Positions 52,778-63,685 of a stretch of DNA of 64,000 bases are shown in pieces. The stretch comes from Candidatus Methanomethylicia archaeon. Lineage in GTDB: Archaea > Thermoproteota > Methanomethylicia > CALHIW01. Location: contig JAWBQF010000006.1 of NCBI GenBank assembly GCA_038845975.1, positions 36,703 through 100,702 of the forward strand. Direction: 5' to 3'. The notes under the pieces were generated by a model. The model saw nothing but the letters and a program-made list of their open reading frames with translations. It made no database searches and was not told where the DNA came from. Position 1 is the stretch's first letter; each line of letters begins with the position of its first letter. The position numbers and the translations under genes are program-made.

Positions 52778-53611
52778 GTGTTTAGTGGATTGTTTATGCC
52801 TCCACCTGATGAGTTGCCATTAAATAAGCCTGAATATATTGTACCTTACTTTGGAACACCTATCGATGCTATAGAGACAATACTTGATTTAGCTGAGCTT
52901 AAGAGTGGTGAGGTGTTTTGTGATTTAGGTTCTGGTGATGGTAGGGTTCTCATAGCAGCTGCTAGGAGGGGTGCTATAGCTATCGGTGTAGAGATTAAGA
53001 GGGAGCTAGTGGAGAAGTCTAGGAGGAGGATTATTGAGGAGGGGCTTAAAGATAGAGTATATGTTACTCATGGAGATCTATTTAAATATAATTATATTAG
53101 TCAGGCAGACGTCATCTACATCTTCCTGAACAGTAAGGCGAACAGTATCTTAAAACCCATACTTGAAGAATCCCTTAAGGATGGAGCTAGAGTTGTAACG
53201 TTAACCTATGAAATTCCGGGATGGACACCTGTAAAGAAGGTTAAGCTACCTGAAAAACTTAAGGGTGGATGTGGTGGTCGTACTCTCCACCTATACAGGT
53301 TTACACGTAAAACTATCGAGCAGAAAACAGGAAAGACTAGTAAAACCTATAGCTTAAATACACTACCTGAAATCGTTCAGTCATATATTCAGCTAATCGA
53401 GGACTTAACGGGAGCTAAGTATAGTTCAAGTGAAACACTAAGGGAATACTTAGAGAAATCTAGAGAAACATTAAAAACGGAAATCTATAATCTACTTGCT
53501 GAAGCTTTATCCCTCATTGAGAATACTCTATATTCTGGAGGGGGAACTGATTTATTAAGAATTAGAGAATGCCTTACTAAGGCAATTAATACGAGTTTAT
53601 CATGCTCCTAA
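52778..53611 (+). CDS. Class I SAM-dependent methyltransferase (aKMT/FAM173-like) with C-terminal helical extension
   Basis: VPYFGTP, FCDLGSGDGRVLIAAA, GVEI, GDLF, ADVIYIFL, GARVV...YEIPGWTP. Start may be ATG 52796. Confidence 0.8.
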   Translation: MFSGLFMPPPDELPLNKPEYIVPYFGTPIDAIETILDLAELKSGEVFCDLGSGDGRVLIAAARRGAIAIGVEIKRELVEKSRRRIIEEGLKDRVYVTHGDLFKYNYISQADVIYIFLNSKANSILKPILEESLKDGARVVTLTYEIPGWTPVKKVKLPEKLKGGCGGRTLHLYRFTRKTIEQKTGKTSKTYSLNTLPEIVQSYIQLIEDLTGAKYSSSETLREYLEKSRETLKTEIYNLLAEALSLIENTLYSGGGTDLLRIRECLTKAINTSLSCS

Positions 53612-54720
53612 CTCTTAAAATGCTTTTATCCAGTAGGAATAGTTTACAAGCTATTTTAAGTATAGCTCTTCTTATAGCTATAGTATCATCTATAACTGCA
53701 ATCACTAACTATATTAATGCTCAAGCTGAATCCCTCATTACCCCTACCGGTAATCGTTTCCATCTAGTACTTAGTGGGAACTCAACATCTATTAGTGATG
53801 GTCTTGTTGAGAATGATTTAGCTAGCCTACTTGGAAACGTTTCCGGTATTGAGTACGTTAATCCTCAAAGAATTCTTAAGGTTAAGCTAATAGATAAACT
53901 AAACTATACAGCTATTATTAGAGGTGTAGGTAGTGTTGATAGCTATTTAAAGATGAGGAGAGCATATATAAATGGTTCAGCTGCAGGGAATAGTAGCCAG
54001 GTAAATATTGGAGTGATTCTAGCTAGATTAGCTTCAATCAGTATAGGTGATACTGTAAGCTTATCCTTTAACGGTAAATGTATTAGCGTAAAGGTTACAG
54101 GCATATTCAAGACATTAACGCAAAGCGATGTTGAGATATTAGCTCCAATAGAAACTGTTCAACGGCTTACTGATGACTGTAAACTATCCCTCATCGAGTT
54201 TACGGTTAGGAGGGATGCTAATAGTGAAGATGTAGTTAACAGTATTATTAGTCTTCAACCATCAGTAAGAATAGTTAAGACATTCATGTTTAAAGAGTTT
54301 ATTCAGGACGTAAATAGGCAAACATTAAGCTTTCTAAATCTATGGTTTTTAGCTATCTATATTGTGGTTGCAGCTACATCATATATAATTGTTTTAAAGC
54401 TTACCCTAGATTTAAACTATGAATTCACTCTGCTTAGAGCTATTGGAGCTAGGAGGAGATATGTATTCATGCTTGTTTTAACATATATAGCTATTATAGC
54501 CTCATCATCATCTATTATCGGCTTATCATTAGGGCTATCTTCCTCCCAAACAATATCCACAGTTACACAATGGCTAGGAATAGGTGTTGAGGTTCATCCA
54601 TTCCTTAACCTAGAACAAATCCCTCAAATAATCCTATATGCTTTAACATCATCGATTCTCGGCTCAACCCCATGCATATTAAGATGTTTAGGAAGAATTT
54701 ATGAGGCTTCTAGGCTTTAA
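53602..54720 (+). CDS. FtsX/MacB-like ABC permease
   Basis: N-terminal TM, extracellular domain (GDTVSL...VTGIF), EFTLLRAIGA motif and three C-terminal TMs. Confidence 0.8.
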   Translation: MLLTLKMLLSSRNSLQAILSIALLIAIVSSITAITNYINAQAESLITPTGNRFHLVLSGNSTSISDGLVENDLASLLGNVSGIEYVNPQRILKVKLIDKLNYTAIIRGVGSVDSYLKMRRAYINGSAAGNSSQVNIGVILARLASISIGDTVSLSFNGKCISVKVTGIFKTLTQSDVEILAPIETVQRLTDDCKLSLIEFTVRRDANSEDVVNSIISLQPSVRIVKTFMFKEFIQDVNRQTLSFLNLWFLAIYIVVAATSYIIVLKLTLDLNYEFTLLRAIGARRRYVFMLVLTYIAIIASSSSIIGLSLGLSSSQTISTVTQWLGIGVEVHPFLNLEQIPQIILYALTSSILGSTPCILRCLGRIYEASRL

Positions 54721-55849
54721 ATACTTCAATAAATACCGTATCGCCCTTTTAGCCTTAATCCTCACATTAACGTCCACCCTATTTACTATTACTGCTTTAA
54801 GTCTTCTAGGATTCTATGAGGGCTTCAATACTTATCTAGGTGAGGGAGAGGATATAGTGGTTATTTATGATAAGGGAAGCCGTACCCCATTTACTGGTCT
54901 AGTTCCAACATATCTAGCCGATAACATCAGCTTAGTTAATGGTGTTTTAGCCTACAGCTTGGAAACCATAGCTCCATGCATGGTTAATGGATATCCAGTA
55001 TTTATTCGCGGAGTAATACCTAGAAGCTTCTTCAATCTAACCCGTATAACCATGGTTAACGGCTTAAATATTGAGCTTAACGATACAAGCTCCATAATTG
55101 TGGGATTGAATGCCGCTAATAGGCTTAAGCTAAATCCAGGAGATAAAGTTATGGTTTTAGGTGTTTTAAACAATCAATACCTAGAGCTAACAGTAAAAGG
55201 CATCTACATATCCTATTCACCACTAGATGATGAGGTTATAGCACCCCTATACGTAGGTCAATGGCTAAGAGGTATAGATTACAATCTAGCTACACTTATA
55301 AGGGTTAAGGCTGATAGGAATAGATTTGATTTAAGCGGACTCATTAAAGCTGAAGATAGAATTAGCGGGGAGGATAAACCCCCATCTAAACCTCTTCCAG
55401 TATCCCATCTACCTTCAGGCTCTAAGCTTATAGGTGTTGAGGAGGCCTACAAGTTCATGAGGAGTTATCTAGATAAGTATGGTTTAACAAGAGAGACCAT
55501 AATGATTGCTGCTATTATAATCTTCATATTTGCTAGTATAAGCTTTCTAAATGCTCAATTAGCCTTTATATCCCAACATGAATATGAAGTTAATGTTTTA
55601 AGAGCTTTAGGAGCCTCATGGAGGGCTTTAAGACTAGATCTAATTGTTAAGTTCCTTCCATTATCTATCATATCATCAATAGCCGGATTCCTTATAGGTA
55701 CCATTATACTAATAGCTGCTAATAGCAATAACTATATTCAACTTCTACTACATAGAATTACACTTCAACTTAACCCCCTCATTCTAGCTTTAAACATCAT
55801 ACTTGCAGCCATGCTTACAATAGTAGGTATTATCTTGACTGCTAAATGA
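54701..55849 (+). CDS. FtsX/MacB-like ABC permease
   Basis: Same architecture, with IIVG..AA.RL.L.PGD and EVNVLRALGAS. Confidence 0.8.
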   Translation: MRLLGFKYFNKYRIALLALILTLTSTLFTITALSLLGFYEGFNTYLGEGEDIVVIYDKGSRTPFTGLVPTYLADNISLVNGVLAYSLETIAPCMVNGYPVFIRGVIPRSFFNLTRITMVNGLNIELNDTSSIIVGLNAANRLKLNPGDKVMVLGVLNNQYLELTVKGIYISYSPLDDEVIAPLYVGQWLRGIDYNLATLIRVKADRNRFDLSGLIKAEDRISGEDKPPSKPLPVSHLPSGSKLIGVEEAYKFMRSYLDKYGLTRETIMIAAIIIFIFASISFLNAQLAFISQHEYEVNVLRALGASWRALRLDLIVKFLPLSIISSIAGFLIGTIILIAANSNNYIQLLLHRITLQLNPLILALNIILAAMLTIVGIILTAK

Positions 55850-57405
55850 AAATCCTAATCCTCCCAGCTCTACTTATTGCCTTAACATTAAGGCTTTACC
55901 CAGCATTGAGTAGTGGACTACCCTTCTCAACGGATTCATGGCCTCTCATTAGGAATACTGAGCTCCTCCTAAACAATACCCCTATAGATTTAGGTAGTTG
56001 TGTTTTCGATGGCTATAATAATTATTGGCCTGCTAGCAGCCTGTTTGGAGCTGTATTCTCCATAATTACCGCTATTAAACCATTAGAGGCCATGGCTTTA
56101 AGTATCCCCCTAACAGGTGGATTAGCAGTTCTAGTCTTCTATGTTCTCGTATATAGGCTTTCCGGAGACTATGGGATTACCTTAGCCTCCTCCATTCTCT
56201 TTGCAACAGCTTACCCTCACACCCTGTTTACAGCAGGTATAACCAAGGAGACATATGCTAACCCCCTCTACATCCTCCTAATTCTAATATTCATGATTGG
56301 AAATCATAAAGGAATTATCCTCTTCACAATTACATCCATAGCCTTAGCATTAACACATCACTTAACCCCTCTAATCACGTTAACCATATTATTCAGCTTA
56401 GCTTTAGGATTCCTTACTGCTAGAATTCATGGATTATCTATTCTCAAACCAATCCTGGTTTTAGTAGTTGTTGAGATACTTTACTTTAAGATTTATGCTT
56501 ATAGAGGTTTTAAAGTGGATTTAAGCTGGAGCGAATGGATATCCGTACTCGCATATCAAGTTGTCTCTCTTAGCTTAGCATCATATCTTACACTACATCC
56601 ACCATCTAGGAGGAGTTTACCAATAGGCTTTACAATAGCTCCCCTACTACTAGCGTTAATACTCCTATGTATGAGGAAACCTATTGTTCCAGGTGCCCCC
56701 ATACTTCCAAGCTACTATATCTCCTACATGAACTACTCCATCGTTACTGCCTTACTAGCTGTTTTAGGATATAGAAGACTCCGTGAAGTAGATTATAAGC
56801 TATTTATTACGGCATTGTATTGGATTTCAGCTATCCTAGGGCTTGAGGGATATGCATTGTTCAGCGGGTCAGGAATCGGCTTAGCATTACTATATAGAGG
56901 AATCAACTTCCTATGGCCTCCACTAACAATATTTACGGCGTCATCTCTCCATAAACACAGCTCTAAAACTCCTAGAAGTAAATATGTTAAGGCTATAGTG
57001 GCTTCAGCTATGCTATATATTATATTATTAAACATCTACAACTTCTATGCAGCTACAATATTGGAGGAGCGTTACATGGGTTATCAATGGCTATATAGAG
57101 CGGAGGAGTTTAATACTGGCTTATGGCTATCCAATTTTGGATATGGTTTAACTGTACTTGGAGATATGAAGGCCTCATACATGCTTAATAGCTACTTTAA
57201 TCTATACGTTAACGTAGCTGAAGGCTACCGCTACCTATACAGAGACAGCGTACCTAATGGAATCCTATATGTTTACAAGCAAATGCTAAGAAACGGATAT
57301 GTAGCTGGACCATATGGTCTAGATCTACCTAACAACTGGCCTATAAGAATTCATAAGCTATGCAGTATATACTCAAACGGCTTTGTAAACCTATTCGTAG
57401 CTTAG
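55846..57405 (+). CDS. Polytopic membrane protein, GT-C glycosyltransferase-like
   Basis: TM1 followed by an STDSW loop, YWP, THHLT, about 13 TMs and a small C-terminal soluble domain ending IYSNG.V. Confidence 0.55.
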   Translation: MKILILPALLIALTLRLYPALSSGLPFSTDSWPLIRNTELLLNNTPIDLGSCVFDGYNNYWPASSLFGAVFSIITAIKPLEAMALSIPLTGGLAVLVFYVLVYRLSGDYGITLASSILFATAYPHTLFTAGITKETYANPLYILLILIFMIGNHKGIILFTITSIALALTHHLTPLITLTILFSLALGFLTARIHGLSILKPILVLVVVEILYFKIYAYRGFKVDLSWSEWISVLAYQVVSLSLASYLTLHPPSRRSLPIGFTIAPLLLALILLCMRKPIVPGAPILPSYYISYMNYSIVTALLAVLGYRRLREVDYKLFITALYWISAILGLEGYALFSGSGIGLALLYRGINFLWPPLTIFTASSLHKHSSKTPRSKYVKAIVASAMLYIILLNIYNFYAATILEERYMGYQWLYRAEEFNTGLWLSNFGYGLTVLGDMKASYMLNSYFNLYVNVAEGYRYLYRDSVPNGILYVYKQMLRNGYVAGPYGLDLPNNWPIRIHKLCSIYSNGFVNLFVA

Positions 57406-57410
57406 AGGTT

Positions 57411-58070
57411 ATGATAGAGCTATTTAATGTCTGGAAGAGATATGGCGTAATTGAAGTGTTAAGAGGTATAAGCCTTAAAGTTGATGAGGGAGAGTTTATA
57501 GCTATTAGAGGTAAGTCAGGTGTTGGGAAGACAACTCTACTTAGGATAATTGGTCTTCTAGAAATACCGGACATAGGGGAAGTTAGGCTTTTCGGTAAGC
57601 CTACTTATAGGCTAAGCGATGATGAGAAGTCCAATATAAGACTATACGGTATTGGATTTATCTTCCAATTCTTCAATTTAATACCGTCACTAACCGTTCT
57701 AGAAAACATTGAGCTACCTCTAGCAATAGCAGGAATTAGTAGAGAGGAGAGGAGGAGAAGAGCATATAGGCTTCTAGAATACTTCAACCTTACAGATCTA
57801 GCTGAAAGAACTCCGGAAACCCTAAGTGGTGGGGAGAAGCAACGCATAGCCGTTATAAGGGCTTTAGCTAATAATCCGAGAATTATCCTAGCTGATGAGC
57901 CTACATCAAGTCTAGACGATGAAAACTCAAACCTCCTCATCAGCCTCCTCCTTAAGATAAATAGGGAGAGAAACGTTACAATAATATTAACGACAACAGA
58001 TATCTACGAGAAGCTTCCTACGAGTAGAGACTACATATTGAAGAACGGAGCCCTACATGAACTCCAATAA
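57411..58070 (+). CDS. ABC transporter ATP-binding protein (LolD/MacB-like)
   Basis: GKSGVGKTT, IGFIFQFFNLIP.LTVLENI, LSGGEKQR and LADEPT. Likely start is ATG 57411 after a GAGGT RBS. Confidence 0.88.
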   Translation: MIELFNVWKRYGVIEVLRGISLKVDEGEFIAIRGKSGVGKTTLLRIIGLLEIPDIGEVRLFGKPTYRLSDDEKSNIRLYGIGFIFQFFNLIPSLTVLENIELPLAIAGISREERRRRAYRLLEYFNLTDLAERTPETLSGGEKQRIAVIRALANNPRIILADEPTSSLDDENSNLLISLLLKINRERNVTIILTTTDIYEKLPTSRDYILKNGALHELQ

Positions 58071-58172
58071 AGATATCGATTAAGCTCTACACGTTAATAC
58101 AGTTAAATATTAAGCTGAATCCCATGGAATTACTTGACGAAACGTTTTTAAATTCTTAATTTACAGTTAGCT

Positions 58173-58610
58173 ATGATTAAAATCATTCCAATACTCCTCA
58201 CCATAATTCTCATTACATCTATACCTAGCATATATTCCCAGAGCGTTGATGATGCTAGAAGCTATTTAGAATACGTGTTCCTAAGGCTTAGGGAGGCTGA
58301 AGGTCTTGGAGCTAATGTTAGGGATGAAGCCTTAATGCTTAATGAGGCTTTAAACCTTATTAGACTAGCTGAATCCAATAGTAGTACTGAATCGCTATCT
58401 AAGGCCTTATCAATTATTAACATGGTAAACAACTCCATACCCAAACTCGTTGAGGAGGGTTTATTTAGAGCTAGAATGAATCAAATCATACTGGCTACTA
58501 CAATATCACTAACCATAATTGCCTCCATATTAATCTATTTCTACGGTCCTAGAGTTCTCTGGAGCTTATGGATTAGGGCTAGAGGTAATTGGAGGGTGAG
58601 GAGGACTTGA
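58173..58610 (+). CDS. Exported helical protein with C-terminal TM
   Basis: Signal peptide, helical bundle (EAEGLGANV), C-terminal TM and basic tail. Confidence 0.65.
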   Translation: MIKIIPILLTIILITSIPSIYSQSVDDARSYLEYVFLRLREAEGLGANVRDEALMLNEALNLIRLAESNSSTESLSKALSIINMVNNSIPKLVEEGLFRARMNQIILATTISLTIIASILIYFYGPRVLWSLWIRARGNWRVRRT

Positions 58611-59092
58611 TTGATGAGGAGGTTACAGCTGTAGTTCTTGCATTAATAGTTGTAGCTGGAGTATTCACGTTCTCCCAAGCCTTCCTAGCCGGTAGAGTTG
58701 TTGAACCCTTCTCCGAGCTTGGTGTTTTAGGAGCTGAAATGAAGATCGGAGACTATCCTAGAGAGGTTCTTGTAAACGAATCGTTTAAACTCCATCTCTA
58801 CATTGGAAACCATGAAGGTAGAATCATGTACTACACGATCTACATTAAGCTTGGAGATAAATCCACACTAGTTAATGAAACTATTCCCGCAAACACATCT
58901 ACAATAGCATTTTATGAGGCTATACTACCCCATAACGAAACAGTAATCATACCCGTAAATATTAGAATAAATACTCCCGGTAGAAATTTAAGGCTTATAT
59001 TTGAAATGTGGATTCATGATGGCGGCCTCCTAAAATATCATGGGAGATGGTGTCAGCTATGGCTAAACGTAACAGCTCCACAGAAACCGTAG
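58589..59092 (+). CDS. DUF1616-like protein (extracellular Ig-like part)
   Basis: One TM, then EPFSELGVLG....GDYP...YIGNHEG....Y...RLIFEMW...QLWLNV. Confidence 0.7.
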   Translation: MEGEEDLIDEEVTAVVLALIVVAGVFTFSQAFLAGRVVEPFSELGVLGAEMKIGDYPREVLVNESFKLHLYIGNHEGRIMYYTIYIKLGDKSTLVNETIPANTSTIAFYEAILPHNETVIIPVNIRINTPGRNLRLIFEMWIHDGGLLKYHGRWCQLWLNVTAPQKP

Positions 59093-59670
59093 AGCTTGAT
59101 AGGATTTCAAGGGAGATATTGAAGCTTATAAGTAGGAGGAGTGAGTTGACAATTAGTGAGGTTATAGATATTATTGCTGGAATGCTTAGAGTTAAAAAGT
59201 ATGAGGTAGCCCGTAAACTCTACAGGTTAAGGGAAGCCAACCTTATTAGATTTATAGATCCATCTCCTCCAGGAACCATTCTCAAATTCCTCTTCAGCCT
59301 CAGATCATTCTGGTACTGGCTACTAGTAGCTACAGTTATATCTACAAACATAGTAATCCATATACCCCTCCTAACATATGCTAGATATGTTTTAGGATCC
59401 CTATTCGTACTATACCTACCTGGAGCATCACTTATAGAGCTACTATATCCTAAAAGAGAACATATATCACAGCTTGAAAGACTAGCATTATCAATAGGTT
59501 TAAGTCTAGCCCTAACACCTCTAGTTGGACTTATACTTAACTATACTCCATGGGGTATACGTCTCAACCCAATAGTTGCCTCCCTAACCATCCTAACAAT
59601 TACATTATCTACAGGCGCCCTTATAAGGAAGTATACGTATTTCAAGCTTGAAATGCTTGGTGGAAGATAG
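59047..59670 (+). CDS. DUF1616-like membrane protein with N-terminal winged-helix-like region
   Basis: LYLPGASLIELLYP....SQLERLALSIGLSLAL.PLVGLILNYTPWGI. Confidence 0.75.
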   Translation: MVSAMAKRNSSTETVELDRISREILKLISRRSELTISEVIDIIAGMLRVKKYEVARKLYRLREANLIRFIDPSPPGTILKFLFSLRSFWYWLLVATVISTNIVIHIPLLTYARYVLGSLFVLYLPGASLIELLYPKREHISQLERLALSIGLSLALTPLVGLILNYTPWGIRLNPIVASLTILTITLSTGALIRKYTYFKLEMLGGR

Positions 59671-60362
59671 TGGAGAACCTCCACATGTTCAGTATTGGAC
59701 TTATACTTTTCAGCATTCCATTCACCATAATCTCCCATCTAATACTCTTAAACACTCCATTAACAGCTCTTGGAATTGGAATGTTAATACTTGGAGTATC
59801 AATACTTCTCACCCCTATAAACCCCATACCAAGCAGTACTGTCCGCTCCCTACTTGAAGGCTCTGTTTTAAGCTTAGAAGCAATTCTTGAAGGCTTCAAT
59901 ACCTCATCTAAAGGCTACTATATACTTCACGATGATGGTAGAGTATATGTATACATACCTTTAACAGGTCAATTTAAGCCGCCAACATCAAAAACACCTC
60001 CTAAAAGCATATTTGTAGAGGATGGTGAAGCAGTCTACCTAGTACTTCCACCACCAGCAAGCGAGCTTGCAAGGTTTGAAGGTATTTCAGATATGAATGT
60101 TGAGGACGCTATATCCCATATTCTCGTCGATGTAGCTGAACTCACATCATCAGTTAATATAGCTACAAGTGAGGGAATAGTTTTAGAGCTTAAGGGATTG
60201 AGAAGCCATGTAGCTGCTGGAAGATTTAGAAGGGTTTTCGGATCCCTTGAGGCAAGCATAGCTGCATGCATAGCCGCCTCAATACTTAAACGTCCAATAT
60301 ATGTTGAATCAGAATTCGAGGAGGAGGATTTAAAGAGGATTACCATTAAGCCCTACGGCTGA
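59670..60362 (+). CDS. Hypothetical membrane protein (2 TM + cytoplasmic domain)
   Basis: Translationally coupled in the operon. N-terminal TM hairpin, GSLEASIAACIAA. Confidence 0.6.
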   Translation: MENLHMFSIGLILFSIPFTIISHLILLNTPLTALGIGMLILGVSILLTPINPIPSSTVRSLLEGSVLSLEAILEGFNTSSKGYYILHDDGRVYVYIPLTGQFKPPTSKTPPKSIFVEDGEAVYLVLPPPASELARFEGISDMNVEDAISHILVDVAELTSSVNIATSEGIVLELKGLRSHVAAGRFRRVFGSLEASIAACIAASILKRPIYVESEFEEEDLKRITIKPYG

Positions 60363-60366
60363 AAAC

Positions 60367-60624
60367 ATGGATAAAAACATGTTCTTCAACATCCTCCTAG
60401 CATTCATGATATTCATAACAGTACCATCCCTTACAGCTCTAGGTGAACGTAGAATTGACGTCTACATATCCATGTTCACCCTAGAATACTTCATAGCTTT
60501 AAGCGTTTTAAGACCTAGACGTAGATTTAAAGATATCCTAGCATATACACTACTCATAGTATTTACAATTATAGTTACGATTAGAGTTCTTGAAGTTCTA
60601 GAATGGAAACTATTAACACCTTAG
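60367..60624 (+). CDS. Small hypothetical membrane protein
   Basis: 85 aa with three hydrophobic segments, in operon. Confidence 0.6.
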   Translation: MDKNMFFNILLAFMIFITVPSLTALGERRIDVYISMFTLEYFIALSVLRPRRRFKDILAYTLLIVFTIIVTIRVLEVLEWKLLTP

Positions 60625-60793
60625 AGCATCAATTAAGAAGATAAATCAACATAGAACACATCAACAATAAGCCTAACAGCATAGGCTCCACTCCTATTTA
60701 TGTTGATAACTATATCTCAGTTAACGAATCCGGAAGCTTCGAGGTGTCTATGTAAATAATAGCAATTAAGAGGTTAGAGAGTTAGGTGGTTAA

Positions 60794-62644
60794 TTGGCTG
60801 GAATAGTTAATAGGGCTTGGAGATCCTGTAGGCTTCAGGCTTTTAAGAGCTTACTGGTCTTTACAGTCCTAATTATCCTAGCTCTTCAGCTAGTAGCTTC
60901 AACTATACCTCACCATGTGGATATACGTGAGGTTGCTGATGAGATACCGTATGCTCCGGATTTATTGTTTATCTATAGCTCAATTATAGATTTCGTACGG
61001 GCTGAGGATTACAGTAATGCTATCGAGAAGCTACGTGAAGTAATAAATGTATACGTACCTGAAAACATTAAGTACGTATTTAGCAGATTTAATGAGCTTC
61101 TAAATAGTGAAGTTCAGCTACTAAACGAGACGAATTTAAATATTAACTATGCATATAAATTCTATGTTTTAGGTTTTATCGATGATTCTAGAAGATGTCT
61201 TGATGAAGCATCATTAACACTAGCTAAAGCCAATTTAACCCATAATGAGCTTGAAGCAGCATGCATACAGTTATCTAAAAGAATTCCATTAAGACAGCTA
61301 CTAGATAAACTAGGTAATCTTAAAAGTATTATTAATAGCTACTGGATTGAAATTAGGGATTTATGGTATAGATTAACATATATAGGTGAAATTTATGAGA
61401 CGAGATTAACCATTCAGGTTGATAAGTATAGGGTTTGGGTTGGCTCAACAATTAGGGTTAGCGGATACTTAGAAAGCATTCATCCATTAGGGAATAGAAA
61501 CATCTCAATATATATTGAGGATAAACACATAGCAACAGCAGTAACAAATAGTGAAGGATACTTCAGTAGGGAGATCACCATACCCTACATATATAGAGAG
61601 GAGGTTAAACTCTATGCTTCCTTCACGCCTCTAGGAAGTGATATTGGGAGATTTAAATCATCAACATCAAACATAGTTAAAATCAAACTCCTATATACTA
61701 CACCTATCATTAAGGCATTCATAGATAGGAGTTACGTTAAGCCCCTTGATAAAATCTACTTAGTAGGCTTAATAGAGCCTAGAGTTCCGGAAGTCTACGT
61801 TAAAGCCTTCAACAAGCATTCAACCATTAACGTGAACAGTACAGGATGGTTTAACACTACACTAACAGTTCCGGATAGTATTGATGAGGGTACATACACT
61901 ATTATTGTTGGAAGCTATAGCCTAAATACTATAGCTCCATCAGAAACAACTCTTAAACTAACTGTCTATCGTCTTCCATCAATCCTAACCATTAAGCCTC
62001 CACTCATAGCTTTAAGCGGATTCAAAACAAGACTTACTGGTCTAGCATTAGGGGGCGAGACACCTCTAGGAGAGGCAAATATAACACTGGAAATCTACGG
62101 TCAAACATATCTAGTAGCTACGGATAGTCAAGGATTATTTGCAATTGATATTCAAACACCACATACAGTAAATACTGGATTCCATATTGTTAAAGCTATA
62201 TTAAATCCGAAGGAGCCATGGTATAGGATAGCTATAGTTGAGGAATCAATATTTACGTTAAACCCCTACATGGCTTCAGCCCCAATAATCCTAGCATTAA
62301 TCCTCCTAAAAACAACCATACCGAAACGTAGATGGGAAGCCGAGATAACACCATCAACCCCAATTAGAGAACCGATTAAGGAAGCTAAACCCCTACCGGT
62401 AGGTATTGCTAGAATCTATTTTGAGGCTGTAGATATTATTATGAGGATTACTGGTATAGAGATGAAGCCATACAATACTATTAGGGAATACTTAACAATA
62501 GTAGGGGAATTCCTAGACGGCATCACAGATCAGTTTAGAGAGTTAAGCTATATGGCTGAAGCCTATCTTTACGGTGGTATTGAGCCTGATATGGATAAAG
62601 CTATGAATCTACTTAAAGATATTAAAGGGTTTAAACATGACTAG
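60794..62644 (+). CDS. Membrane-anchored Ig-fold surface protein with DUF4129-like C-terminus
   Basis: N-terminal TM, helical region, beta-rich repeats (TNSEGYFS, TDSQGLFA), TM, then TIREY...F.EL....E..LYG. Confidence 0.7.
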   Translation: MAGIVNRAWRSCRLQAFKSLLVFTVLIILALQLVASTIPHHVDIREVADEIPYAPDLLFIYSSIIDFVRAEDYSNAIEKLREVINVYVPENIKYVFSRFNELLNSEVQLLNETNLNINYAYKFYVLGFIDDSRRCLDEASLTLAKANLTHNELEAACIQLSKRIPLRQLLDKLGNLKSIINSYWIEIRDLWYRLTYIGEIYETRLTIQVDKYRVWVGSTIRVSGYLESIHPLGNRNISIYIEDKHIATAVTNSEGYFSREITIPYIYREEVKLYASFTPLGSDIGRFKSSTSNIVKIKLLYTTPIIKAFIDRSYVKPLDKIYLVGLIEPRVPEVYVKAFNKHSTINVNSTGWFNTTLTVPDSIDEGTYTIIVGSYSLNTIAPSETTLKLTVYRLPSILTIKPPLIALSGFKTRLTGLALGGETPLGEANITLEIYGQTYLVATDSQGLFAIDIQTPHTVNTGFHIVKAILNPKEPWYRIAIVEESIFTLNPYMASAPIILALILLKTTIPKRRWEAEITPSTPIREPIKEAKPLPVGIARIYFEAVDIIMRITGIEMKPYNTIREYLTIVGEFLDGITDQFRELSYMAEAYLYGGIEPDMDKAMNLLKDIKGFKHD

Positions 62645-63599
62645 GAAAATAATAGTATTCAGCCTCCTCCTCTCCCTAACTGTTAGCCTACTAATAATCT
62701 ACCTAACACCACCAATAGATGACTTCCACCCTGAAAACACGTACTGGAATGGTTTAAGTAGAGCTGTAGAAATACTCAACATTACGTTTGGAAAACTGGA
62801 AGCAACAGTATTAACCTATCCAGGTAGTAAAGCACTAATAATACTATCCCCATCCATACCGTTCACATCCAGCGAGATTGAAGCCATTAAAAACTTCCTC
62901 CAGAATGGTGGGCTTTTAATAGTTGCTGACGACTTCGGACTTTCAAACACACTACTAGAAGGCTTAGGCATAACAGCTAGATTCAACAATTCCCTTCTAA
63001 GAGATCCATTATTCATGGAGAAATCATCATCCCTACCGAAGATAACAGTTAAGGAGCTTAAAGCATGGAATATTAGCACGATTACGTTTAACTATGCAAC
63101 AGTAATTGATGGCTTACAGCTTAAACCCCTAGCCTCCTCAAGCTCCTTCAGCTACCTCGATCTGAACCTCAACGGTAAATGGGATCCTGAAGAGCCTAAG
63201 GGACCATTCCCAGTTATAGCTGAAATACCCTACGGCTCCGGGCTAATCATCATGCTATCCGATCCAAGCATTATGATTAACTCAATGATTAACATGGAGG
63301 ATAACCAGAAACTTCTAAAAAATATAATCAATGAACGTAAAGTATTTCTAGACATTTCCCACTGGTCTACAACCCCATACACAGCTGTAAAGGAGTCTCT
63401 AAACGTCATCGCTAAATTCTCCCTAACAATAGAGGCTAAATACAGCATACTAATAATAGTTACAGCATTCATCATAAAATATACACCAATAATTAAGCAT
63501 AGAATTATAGATGAAGTTGATGAGGCTTTAAGAAAGCATCCGGATTGGAGTAGAGAAATCCTTCAGAAACTCGTAAAGGAAAGAATTGGGAAACAGTAA
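62637..63599 (+). CDS. DUF4350-like protein
   Basis: F.PEN..WNGLS, FLQNGG.LIVADDFG.SN.LL, G.G.II..SDPSI.INSM, DISHW. Confidence 0.75.
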   Translation: MTRKIIVFSLLLSLTVSLLIIYLTPPIDDFHPENTYWNGLSRAVEILNITFGKLEATVLTYPGSKALIILSPSIPFTSSEIEAIKNFLQNGGLLIVADDFGLSNTLLEGLGITARFNNSLLRDPLFMEKSSSLPKITVKELKAWNISTITFNYATVIDGLQLKPLASSSSFSYLDLNLNGKWDPEEPKGPFPVIAEIPYGSGLIIMLSDPSIMINSMINMEDNQKLLKNIINERKVFLDISHWSTTPYTAVKESLNVIAKFSLTIEAKYSILIIVTAFIIKYTPIIKHRIIDEVDEALRKHPDWSREILQKLVKERIGKQ

Positions 63600-63685
63600 T
63601 GGATTTAAAAGCATAAGTACTGTGAAGCTTTACGATTCAGCTTCCCAACACACCTATTAAGTCTTAGAGAGGAGGTGTCTAAACA

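Noticed and set aside
257-63475. Many 60-190 aa ORFs antisense to, or nested in, well-supported genes (e.g. 882-1280, 5733-6173, 11412-11729, 39399-39794, 49254-49829, 57605-57940)
   Set aside because: They are shadow frames of real genes with no recognisable motifs. 49254-49829 merely mirrors the repeat protein.
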